Shown in pieces: positions 1 through 7,861 of a stretch of 64,000 bases of DNA (positions are counted from its first letter, which is position 1; each line of letters starts with the position of its first letter). Made by a program: the position numbers and the translations under genes. The stretch comes from Firmicutes bacterium UBA5766 (GTDB lineage: Bacteria; Bacillota; Desulfotomaculia; Desulfotomaculales; Nap2-2B): NCBI GenBank assembly GCA_002418775.1, contig DIEU01000049.1:32241-96240 (forward strand), given 5' to 3'. Below the pieces are notes generated by a model. That model saw only the letters and a list, made by a program, of their open reading frames with translations. It had not been told where the DNA came from and did no database searches.

Positions 1-1
1 T

Positions 2-337
2 GATCTGATGGCAAGTGTGCCGCCGAACATAAAGTTCAAAAGCGGCCAGCCAAAGTATCTCTTCCGTAAAGCGATTAAAAATATAGTTCCTGAAGAAATA
101 CACAAGCGCAAAGATAAAATGGGCTTTCCGGTTCCCCTGCACCTATGGTTTAAGGGGAAGCTGAGGGATTATACCCGCGAGGCGCTTCTTGATAATGCAG
201 CGAGGCAAAGGGGCATATTCAACCCGGAAGCAATAGAAACCGCAATCGAGCAAGAGCAGGACTTCGGCCGGGTGATTTGGGGCGCCCTCTGTTTGGAACT
301 CTGGTTTAAAACATTTATTGACAAGTCAGGAGAATAA
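2..337 (+). CDS. asparagine synthase family amidotransferase, C-terminal fragment (5' end lies left of the window)
   Basis: The frame is open from the window edge. 'KDKMGFPVPLHLW...' matches the C-terminal synthetase-domain tail, also seen in the next gene as 'TDKMGFVTPEEIW'. Confidence 0.7.
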   Translation, partial: DLMASVPPNIKFKSGQPKYLFRKAIKNIVPEEIHKRKDKMGFPVPLHLWFKGKLRDYTREALLDNAARQRGIFNPEAIETAIEQEQDFGRVIWGALCLELWFKTFIDKSGE

Positions 338-340
338 AGA

Positions 341-2323
341 GTGTGTGGAATAGCCGGCATTGTTAGCTTTGGCGCTCCCATAAACGCTAATTTACTTTTA
401 AAAATGACGGAACTGGTCAGTTACAGGGGACCGGATGGAGAGGGCTTTCTATTATGTGAAAATGATAGGAGGCTTTCCAGTTTATATACCGATCGAGAAA
501 AAGAAGAATGGCGGAATAAGAAAATTCGCTTTGGTCTCGGGCACAGGCGGTTGGCCATACTTGATCTATCTCAGGCCGGCCGTCAGCCGATGGGTACACC
601 TGACGGCCGGCTCTGGATCGTCCATAACGGAGAAATATATAATTATATAGAAATAAGAAGTGAGCTGGAGAAGAAAGGATACCGTTTTTCTACTCATACT
701 GACACGGAAATAATTCTTTACGCCTACCGGGAATGGGGGACCGACTGCCTCAGCAGGTTTAACGGGATGTGGGCTTTCGCAATCCTGGATCTGGGGAAAG
801 GTATTTTATTCTGCTCACGGGACCGCGCCGGCATTAAACCGTTTTATTATTTTTTTAATAGAAAGGTTTTTGCATTTTCATCAGAAATAAAGCAGCTTCT
901 CCTGCTTCCCTGGATGAAGCCGGAAGTGAATCCGGGTGTTCTTTACGATTACCTTTTTTACGGATTACAGGAACATTCCGAACAGACTTTTTTTGAAAAT
1001 ATTAACTCACTGCCCGGAGGCCATTTTATCCAAATACCATTGGGGGAAACTCCTAGAGATGTGGATATGAAGATTTATTGGGACCCGGATTTGGAACAAC
1101 GGGAGATGGGGAGTGAAGAAGAATATGCCGGTAAATTACACGATTTGTTAAAAGACAGTATCCGCTTGCGCCTCCGCAGCGATGTGCAGGTCGGTTCCTG
1201 TTTGTCGGGGGGATTGGATTCTTCTGGAATAGTATGCCTTCTTAGCGAGGAGAGACGGGAAACGGGTTCTTCTAATAATCAGCTGACATTCTCATCCTGT
1301 TTCGAGGATCTCCGCTGGGACGAAAGAAAGTATATCTTTGACGTAATTAAAAAGACAGGCGTCGAGGCCAGGTACGTTTTCCCTTCTGCCGCAGAGTTGA
1401 CAGATATCCTGGATAGGCTCACTTATCACCAGGACGGTCCGTTCGGCTCGACCAGCATATTTGCCCAGTGGAAAGTATTTGAAAGCGCACGGGAGAACGG
1501 AGTTACAGTCATGCTGGACGGTCAGGGCGCCGATGAACTTCTCGCCGGCTATTATCCTTATTTGCCCTCATTTTGGTGGGGTTTGCTCAGAGAAGGGAAA
1601 TGGTTGAGTTTGTTAAATGAGCTTATCTGGATTACCCTCCGCAATCCTCTGAAGGTAAAAGAAACGCTCATTGAAGCGGCCAAAGCGTTTGTTTATCAGC
1701 GCATGAAGAAGAATTCCGCTGATAGTAACCAGATAAGTTGGGCCAAACCAGAATTTTTACAGACAGGCGCAGAGAAGTCGCCTTATAAAAAATATCTCGA
1801 TAGAAGAGGCACACTGAGAAAACAAAAGGGGGGCGGTGAGCTAAATTGGAAGCTTTACGAAAGTTTCCGGTTTACCAGTTTGCCGGCTCTCCTGCGCTAC
1901 GAGGACCGAAATTCAATGGCCTTTTCAGTTGAAGCGCGTCTGCCCTTCCTTGATTACCGGATAGTCGAATTCTTATTAGGTCTTCCTCCCGAACAGAAAA
2001 TACAGCGAGGTATGACCAAGGCAGTATACCGCCGGGCGATGAAAAGTGTTATTCCGGCTTCTGTGCTGGCCAGAACGGATAAAATGGGCTTTGTCACGCC
2101 TGAAGAGATCTGGATAAAGGATGCTTTGAGGGGCATAATGGATGAAGCTTTTAAATCTGTGCCCGATGATGATCAATATTTTTCCCGCAAAGGGCTGCAG
2201 GATTTGTATTATTCAGTTTTAAAAGGTGAAAAAGGGTTTAGTTTTTTACCCTGGCGGTTATTCAATTCAATTATCTGGCTGAGTAACCTGTCATCCAAGG
2301 GGATGTCTTTAAAACCGCTGTAA
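341..2323 (+). CDS. asparagine synthetase (glutamine-hydrolysing) family amidotransferase
   Basis: 660 aa. It starts 'MCGIAGIV' (Ntn Cys2 glutaminase) and carries the PP-loop 'SCLSGGLDSS'. GTG start 4 nt after the preceding stop. Confidence 0.9.
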   Translation: MCGIAGIVSFGAPINANLLLKMTELVSYRGPDGEGFLLCENDRRLSSLYTDREKEEWRNKKIRFGLGHRRLAILDLSQAGRQPMGTPDGRLWIVHNGEIYNYIEIRSELEKKGYRFSTHTDTEIILYAYREWGTDCLSRFNGMWAFAILDLGKGILFCSRDRAGIKPFYYFFNRKVFAFSSEIKQLLLLPWMKPEVNPGVLYDYLFYGLQEHSEQTFFENINSLPGGHFIQIPLGETPRDVDMKIYWDPDLEQREMGSEEEYAGKLHDLLKDSIRLRLRSDVQVGSCLSGGLDSSGIVCLLSEERRETGSSNNQLTFSSCFEDLRWDERKYIFDVIKKTGVEARYVFPSAAELTDILDRLTYHQDGPFGSTSIFAQWKVFESARENGVTVMLDGQGADELLAGYYPYLPSFWWGLLREGKWLSLLNELIWITLRNPLKVKETLIEAAKAFVYQRMKKNSADSNQISWAKPEFLQTGAEKSPYKKYLDRRGTLRKQKGGGELNWKLYESFRFTSLPALLRYEDRNSMAFSVEARLPFLDYRIVEFLLGLPPEQKIQRGMTKAVYRRAMKSVIPASVLARTDKMGFVTPEEIWIKDALRGIMDEAFKSVPDDDQYFSRKGLQDLYYSVLKGEKGFSFLPWRLFNSIIWLSNLSSKGMSLKPL

Positions 2324-2335
2324 GGTTGTGTTGAA

Positions 2336-3505
2336 TTGAAGCCTAAAAAGGTTTGTATTTTGGTGCGGAACTACGTAGATCGTGATCCGCGTGTAGCAAG
2401 ACAGATACGATGGCTGACGGAGAGCGGCGAATATCAGGTAACTGTCGTCGGATACGGGGAAAGCGGTCTAAATATAAAAGAGATTTATAAAGCTGTTACC
2501 TTTGAGTCCCGTGCGCGTTCAACTTTGGACAAGTTATTCAGCGCGCCGAAGCTGCTGTTGAACAATTTTACTCCCGCTCTGGCTGGGAGTATATACTGGA
2601 GCATGCCCTTAATCAAAGACATGTATGATGCTGCTCTAGCGGAAGATTACGATATTTTTCACGCTAATGATTGGGATACATTGCCTATAGCGGCAGCGGC
2701 GGCTGATAAACTAAAAACTTCCAAAGTAATCTACGACAGTCATGAATTTGCCACACTTGAGTTTGAAGAAAGCCCGAGATTCAACCTTTTTTACAAAAGA
2801 TTCAGGTCAACTCTGGAAAAAGAAAATATTCACAAGGCATCGGTTGTAATCGCAGTTTCCGGGATGATTTCCGAGGAGTTAAATAGAACCTACGGGGTGC
2901 GGCCGGAAGTAATTATGAATTGCCCGGAATGGGAAGAAACACGCTACCATGAGCCTGATCCCGGCGATATAAAATTGTGTCATCACGGGGTTTACCATAC
3001 AAGCAGGGGAATTGAAGAACTGATTAAATGCTTAAAACTTCTTGATAATAATTATTCTTTGCATTTCAGGCTGCTTTGTGATACAAGGACTATGGAAAAG
3101 CTCAAGGGAATAGCACAGAAAGCGGCGCCGGGACGTGTTTTTTTCCATCCTCCGGTTAAACCGGTGGAAATCGTGAGCGTTATTAACCAGTATGATCTGG
3201 GTGTTTATCTGCTCAAGCCTGTTAACTTCAACAGCAGGGCGGCGCTCCCCAATAAATTTTATGAATTTTTAATGGCTGGTTTGGGTGTTTGTATCGGGCC
3301 GCTTCCGGAAATGCAGCGAGTGGTGGAAAAGTGGGGCTGCGGCGTCGTTTGCGATGGTTTTGACCCCAAAAGCCTGGCAACTGCGATTTCTTCTCTTTCC
3401 CTGAAAGAGATGTCTGTTTATAAAACGCGTGCGCTGGAGGCTGCTAAAGAGCTAAACGCCGGAGTAGAAGGCAATAAATTTAAGAACATCTATAGAAACC
3501 TGTAG
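2336..3505 (+). CDS. glycosyltransferase (GT4/GT1-like)
   Basis: 389 aa. C-terminal 'ALPNKFYEFLMAGLGV' resembles the GT-B E-x7-E region. TTG start with a weak SD. Confidence 0.7.
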   Translation: MKPKKVCILVRNYVDRDPRVARQIRWLTESGEYQVTVVGYGESGLNIKEIYKAVTFESRARSTLDKLFSAPKLLLNNFTPALAGSIYWSMPLIKDMYDAALAEDYDIFHANDWDTLPIAAAAADKLKTSKVIYDSHEFATLEFEESPRFNLFYKRFRSTLEKENIHKASVVIAVSGMISEELNRTYGVRPEVIMNCPEWEETRYHEPDPGDIKLCHHGVYHTSRGIEELIKCLKLLDNNYSLHFRLLCDTRTMEKLKGIAQKAAPGRVFFHPPVKPVEIVSVINQYDLGVYLLKPVNFNSRAALPNKFYEFLMAGLGVCIGPLPEMQRVVEKWGCGVVCDGFDPKSLATAISSLSLKEMSVYKTRALEAAKELNAGVEGNKFKNIYRNL

Positions 3506-3577
3506 TTTTACGTTATTGTTCAAAAGGAAAACATATTAGATTATTTACATGTCTTACGAGGACATGCGTAGAAAATG
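3292..3577 (+). repeat. left copy of a split direct repeat that brackets the FN3 gene (blocks 3292-3348 and 3511-3577)
   Basis: Block 1 matches 4972-5028 and block 2 matches 5034-5100, each with about 10 mismatches by eye. Block 2 here is a dead copy of the next glycosyltransferase's 5' end (ATA in place of ATG, and a TAG). Confidence 0.8.
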
Positions 3578-4963
3578 GAGGTGGCGACTTTGAGAAGAAC
3601 TAATTCTATTTTACTGGCGCTGGCGTTAATGTGCTGTTTGCTCTTAATTACCGCCCAGGCTGTTTCGGGGGAAGTGTTAGAAGATGTTAATCCGCCCACA
3701 GCCCTGAAGGCAGAGGTGGTTTCTTCCTCGCAGATTAATTTGACCTGGACGGATAATGCATCAAATGAGTCTGGATTTATAATTGAACGCAAGGCGGGCA
3801 ATGATGCCTACAATCGAATCAATATCGTCCCGGAGAACTCCACGATGTTTGCGGATACCGGCCTTGCAGCCAACACAACCTATAAATACAGGGTCAAGGC
3901 TTATAACAACACAGTGGGATCTTACGTATATTCCGATTACTCCAATGAAGTTAACGCCACTACCAAAGATACTAAACCGGCGGCGCCTTCAAACCTTTCT
4001 GCCAGCGCGCAGTCGTCTACCAACATTAAACTAACCTGGAAAGACAACTCAAGCAATGAGAGCGGCTTTAAAATCGAACGCAAAATATCTGGCGGCAGCT
4101 ACAGTCAGCTAAAAACGGTAAGCGCCAATACAACCAGCTATACAGATACAGGGCTATCCGGCGGCGCCAAGTATTATTACAAAGTGCGGGCGTATAACGA
4201 TGCCGGAGACTCGGATTACTCCAATGAAGTTAACGTCACTACCAACGCCACCACTACTAACGATACTACATTGACGGCGCCTACAAAACTTTTAGCCAGC
4301 GTGCAATCGTCTACCAGTATTAAACTAACCTGGACCGACAACTCCAGCAACGAGACCGGCTTTAAAATCGAACGCAAACTTTCTGGAGGCAGCTACAGCC
4401 AGCTGAATAAGGTAAGCGCTAATACAACCAGCTATACCGACAAAGGACTATCCAGTGGGACCAAGTACTATTACCGTGTTTACGCTTACAATTCTAGCGT
4501 GAATTCAAAATACTCCAATGAAATTAACGCCACTACCAACGCTGCCACCACAGCTATTGCGAAGGCAACCGTGATTAAGCTAACTATTGATAAATCAACT
4601 TTTTATGTAAACGATCAGTTAAAAACAATGGATACAGCCCCTGTGGTCCGGGAAAATCGAACGCTTCTGCCTATGCGGTATGTTGCTGAAGCCATTGGGG
4701 CCTCGGTAACCTGGGGGACTAGCGATAAAAAAGCGACAGTATCTCTTAATAAAAAAGTGATTGAGCTCTGGATCGGAAAGAATTCAGCCTTGGTCAACGG
4801 CCAGAACATGCTCATTGACGCCGGAAATCCAAATGTAACACCCATTATCATCCAGCCAGGGAGAACCATGTTGCCATTGCGGTTCATTTCGGAATGCCTG
4901 GGCTCTAAAGTGGACTGGGATCATAACAAGAAAGAGATTACTGTGACATATCCGGCGCCTTAA
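3575..4963 (+). CDS. secreted protein: signal peptide, three fibronectin type III modules and a C-terminal copper-amine-oxidase-N-terminal-like (stalk) domain
   Basis: Hydrophobic N-terminus 'ILLALALMCCLLLITAQA'. Three repeats of 'LTW.DNSSNE.GF.IERK...Y.Y.V.AYN'. The C-terminus 'TLLPMRYVAEAIGASVTW' / 'TMLPLRFISECLGSKVDW' is typical of the Cu_amine_oxidN1 fold. Confidence 0.8.
   Translation: MEVATLRRTNSILLALALMCCLLLITAQAVSGEVLEDVNPPTALKAEVVSSSQINLTWTDNASNESGFIIERKAGNDAYNRINIVPENSTMFADTGLAANTTYKYRVKAYNNTVGSYVYSDYSNEVNATTKDTKPAAPSNLSASAQSSTNIKLTWKDNSSNESGFKIERKISGGSYSQLKTVSANTTSYTDTGLSGGAKYYYKVRAYNDAGDSDYSNEVNVTTNATTTNDTTLTAPTKLLASVQSSTSIKLTWTDNSSNETGFKIERKLSGGSYSQLNKVSANTTSYTDKGLSSGTKYYYRVYAYNSSVNSKYSNEINATTNAATTAIAKATVIKLTIDKSTFYVNDQLKTMDTAPVVRENRTLLPMRYVAEAIGASVTWGTSDKKATVSLNKKVIELWIGKNSALVNGQNMLIDAGNPNVTPIIIQPGRTMLPLRFISECLGSKVDWDHNKKEITVTYPAP
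3983..4545 (+). repeat. two diverged tandem 294-bp FN3-module repeats (a third, more diverged module lies at about 3690-3980)
   Basis: DNA-level similarity between 3983-4276 and 4277-4545 is visible by eye, for example 'attaaactaacctgga..gacaactc.agcaa.gag..cggctttaaaatcgaacgcaaa'. Confidence 0.7.
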
Positions 4964-4971
4964 TTAAAAGT

Positions 4972-5100
4972 TATTCGGCTGCTTCCAGAAATGCAACAAG
5001 TGGCGGAAAAGTGGGGATGCGGTGCCGGTCTTACTATCATTGTCCAAAAGGAAAACCTATGAGAATTATTTATATGTCTTGTGAGGACATGCGTAAAAAA
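4972..5100 (+). repeat. right copy of the split direct repeat (blocks 4972-5028 and 5034-5100)
   Basis: Block 1 still reads 'IRLLPEMQQVAEKWGCGAG', against 'IGPLPEMQRVVEKWGCGVV' in the intact glycosyltransferase at 3293. About 156 bp of the original is missing between the two blocks. Block 2 contains the live start of the next gene. Confidence 0.8.
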
Positions 5101-6228
5101 GGCGCCGGCAAAACACATTTCAAGGAGGTAGCCATTAACCTGGCGAATGCAGGCAATGAACTGCTTGTTCTTTTGCCGGGCTATCAGCCGCGCCAGAAAA
5201 TTGAAGACCTTCAAACAGTCCGTTACATACCGACACTTAAAAAGAATTTTCTGTCTTATATCCTCTACGAGATTTTGCACCCCTTTTTTCTATTTGCTTT
5301 TATAATAAAGTTCAAACCGCACATTATCTACTTCCGTCAGGATCTGTTGAATATTACTTCCCCGGTTCTTGCTGTTTTGTTTAGAATACCATATATAATT
5401 GAGAAAAATGGACTTGTCGGTGAGGATTACCGGTATCGCGGGTTTAGCGATTTCCTTATAAATATTCTAACATTAGCGGAATATATTAACGTTCACCTGG
5501 CTGCAGGAATTATTTGCGTTACGGAAGGTATAAAACGCGAGATTACCCGTAAGTATGCAGTTAACGAGGCGAAACTATCGGTGATTCCCAACGGAGCTAA
5601 TACCGGTCTCTTTTACGTTATGGAGAAAGCGGAGTGCCGGCGTTCCTTAAAAATAGACGAGAATTGTTTTTACGTGGGTTTTGTCGGAACTTTTGCTCCC
5701 TGGCAGGGATTGGATCTGTTGATTGACGCTGCTCATCAGGTAAAAGAAGCGGGTTTTGCGGATATTAAATACTTACTGGTAGGGGACGGAGAGTTGGAAG
5801 GAAAGATAAAAGAGAAAGCAGCCGATTTGGGTTTAAATGATGTTGTACATTTTACCGGTAGGGTAGATTACGAAAAAGTTCCGGAATGGATAAACACGTT
5901 TGATCTTGCTGTGGCCCCGTTTACAAGAGAAAGAAACAGTACCTGCGGGCTGTCGCCGATCAAAATATATGAATACCTGGCCTGCGGAAAGCCCGTACTC
6001 GCAGCTGACGTAGAAGGAGTCAGAGAAATAATTAAAGAGAATAAATGTGGTTTTCTCTTTAAGCCAGACGACAAATCCCAGTTGGCCGACAAGATTATTT
6101 GGTGTTATCAAAACCGGCAGGAGCTAAAAAATGCCGGTTCCCGCGGAGCCAGGATTGTGCGTGAGCGCTTTACCTGGCGGAATACGGCCGAAATGGTAGC
6201 CCGTGTGCTGGAAAGCGCATCCGGGTAA
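5059..6228 (+). CDS. GT4-family glycosyltransferase
   Basis: I moved the start to ATG 5059 ('MRIIYMSCEDMRKKGAGKTHF'), a typical GT4 N-terminus. The 16 codons upstream in the ORF track lie in the repeat remnant. C-terminal 'SPIKIYEYLACGKPVLA' is an E-x7-E-like motif. Confidence 0.8.
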   Translation: MRIIYMSCEDMRKKGAGKTHFKEVAINLANAGNELLVLLPGYQPRQKIEDLQTVRYIPTLKKNFLSYILYEILHPFFLFAFIIKFKPHIIYFRQDLLNITSPVLAVLFRIPYIIEKNGLVGEDYRYRGFSDFLINILTLAEYINVHLAAGIICVTEGIKREITRKYAVNEAKLSVIPNGANTGLFYVMEKAECRRSLKIDENCFYVGFVGTFAPWQGLDLLIDAAHQVKEAGFADIKYLLVGDGELEGKIKEKAADLGLNDVVHFTGRVDYEKVPEWINTFDLAVAPFTRERNSTCGLSPIKIYEYLACGKPVLAADVEGVREIIKENKCGFLFKPDDKSQLADKIIWCYQNRQELKNAGSRGARIVRERFTWRNTAEMVARVLESASG

Positions 6229-6436
6229 TGTCTCATATCTTGAATGATTGTTCCTGATCATCTTTTGGCGCGTGCATTGGAATCCGCCTGGAGCAGGGTA
6301 AATATCTTCTCGGCATACACAGCCTGCACGGGGTGCATATTATTGTTAATCTTAGTCAAATACTTGTCCCGCGTAGACATATACAGTAAAATAGCGTTTA
6401 GAAGGTATTCGCAGTCAGGATCGGGGGTGTAGTTTA

Positions 6437-7129
6437 ATGCGGCAGGAAGAGGAAACATCTTTCAATCCGGTTTTTCCGGTTGAACTGCTCTCTTTAGGGC
6501 ATGACACACGTTATGCCAAAAACACAGTGATCTGCATGCAAAATGAACCCGCTGAAAAAATCTTTTTCCTCAAGGAAGGTGAAGTATGCCTGTCCTATTA
6601 CGGGGAAAACGGTGAAAGAAAAATAGTTTTTTATGTTGATAAAGACAGCATCTTCGGGGGAGTAATTTCCCTGGTTTTGAACAGAAAGGTTTACGGAGTC
6701 TCCGCCATGACCCTTACCAGATCTCTGGTTACTGTTTTCAGCAGGGAAGTTTTTTTCTCCACTTTGATTAATAACATTGACTTTACACGATTCTGCCTTT
6801 GCGCGGTTGTCAAAGAACTCTGGGCAATGGGCAGCAGCCTTGAGTCGCTTTCCTTTCTGGAATGCAACAGGAGAGTTGCCAGCGCCCTGCCCTGGCTGAC
6901 CGACCATGCCGGGAAAGTCGAAAAAGAAGAAAGCGGGGAATTGGAGCATACCTTCAAGATAACACATCAGGAACTTGGGGAACTCGCCAGCGTAAACCGC
7001 GTTACTGTAACTAATGTGCTAAAGGAACTGGAAAAAGAAAAAATAATCCTCAAAGGCTCAAAAATAATTATGATCCCGGCGGGCGGGAAACAAAAGCTCA
7101 AACGCTATATTAAAAACATCTGGATTTGA
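6437..7129 (+). CDS. Crp/Fnr family transcriptional regulator
   Basis: N-terminal cNMP-binding-like beta-roll ('IFFLKEGEVCL'). C-terminal HTH 'THQELGELASVNRVTVTNVLKELEKEKII'. No FNR-type N-terminal Cys cluster. Confidence 0.85.
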   Translation: MRQEEETSFNPVFPVELLSLGHDTRYAKNTVICMQNEPAEKIFFLKEGEVCLSYYGENGERKIVFYVDKDSIFGGVISLVLNRKVYGVSAMTLTRSLVTVFSREVFFSTLINNIDFTRFCLCAVVKELWAMGSSLESLSFLECNRRVASALPWLTDHAGKVEKEESGELEHTFKITHQELGELASVNRVTVTNVLKELEKEKIILKGSKIIMIPAGGKQKLKRYIKNIWI

Positions 7130-7162
7130 TAGGCTGCTGAAAAAAGGGCTTTCCTTGTTGCT

Positions 7163-7858
7163 TCAGTTTTGGCGCACCATGCACTTTTCTACAAACTCTT
7201 CAAGCTGCTTCGCTATTTTAATAAGTTCTTTATCGTTGTATGTTTCTTCCTTGAGGAATTTCGGATCCAACAGTTTTGAAGGAACAAATTTTTGCAGGAT
7301 ATAAAGCTTTGCTCCTTTGATTGTCTTTGATATTTCCAAAATATCTTCCGGGGTGAGTAAGGATTTTACAATAGTTGTCCGGAATTCGTAATCCAATCCC
7401 GAATTGATGACCAAACTGACGCTCTGCAGAATTTTTTTCAGGTCGACCAGGGAATTTGTGACGCTGCAGTATTTATAAAAAGGCGCTTTAATGTCCATTG
7501 CCACATAATCCACCAGCCCGAGACTGATGATATTTTTTAAAACAGAAGGCAGGCTTCCGTTGGTGTTTAGTTTGACCGGATAGCCGGTTTTCTTTATCTT
7601 TTCCAGGAAGGGAATCAGATCTGCCTGAATTGTGGGCTCGCCGCCGGTAACGACAACCCCGTCAAGTTTTCCCCGCCGCATTTTGAGGAAATCCAATATT
7701 TCAAGTTCCAGTGCCGGGGTCTGACGGGGTTCGGATTTGACGAGTTCCGGATTGTGGCAGTAGGGGCATTTAAAGTTACAGCCCTTCGTGAAAATCACGG
7801 CGCAGATCCGGCCCGGATATTCATTCAGGGAAAACCTTCCAAAGCCTCCGATTAACAT
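7163..7858 (-). CDS. nrdG: anaerobic ribonucleoside-triphosphate reductase activating protein (radical SAM)
   Basis: 'CNFKCPYCHN' is the CxxxCxxC radical-SAM motif. The gene lies 3 nt downstream of nrdD. Confidence 0.9.
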   Translation of the reverse strand: MLIGGFGRFSLNEYPGRICAVIFTKGCNFKCPYCHNPELVKSEPRQTPALELEILDFLKMRRGKLDGVVVTGGEPTIQADLIPFLEKIKKTGYPVKLNTNGSLPSVLKNIISLGLVDYVAMDIKAPFYKYCSVTNSLVDLKKILQSVSLVINSGLDYEFRTTIVKSLLTPEDILEISKTIKGAKLYILQKFVPSKLLDPKFLKEETYNDKELIKIAKQLEEFVEKCMVRQN

Positions 7859-7861
7859 ATA

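Noticed and set aside
3575-4963. About 21 N-x-S/T sequons in the FN3 protein as evidence for N-linked glycosylation by the neighbouring glycosyltransferases
   Set aside because: Most sequons fall in the conserved FN3 repeat core ('W.DNSSNE.GF', 'ANTTSYT', 'NATT'). They are explained by the repeat sequence and its Asn/Ser/Thr-rich composition. No oligosaccharyltransferase or NGT-like gene is visible, so this remains speculation.
5011-5058. The ORF-track start of the GT4 gene at 5011 ('MGMRCRSYYHCPKGKP')
   Set aside because: These codons lie in the degenerate repeat derived from the upstream glycosyltransferase's 3' end. The family-typical N-terminus begins at ATG 5059.
6229-6458. Overlapping 62-aa (+) and 66-aa (-) ORFs in the spacer between the GT4 gene and the Crp/Fnr gene
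   Set aside because: Neither has an RBS or a recognisable motif, and the minus ORF overlaps the crp start. The spacer is less AT-rich than others, so it could be an old gene remnant, but I cannot support a call.
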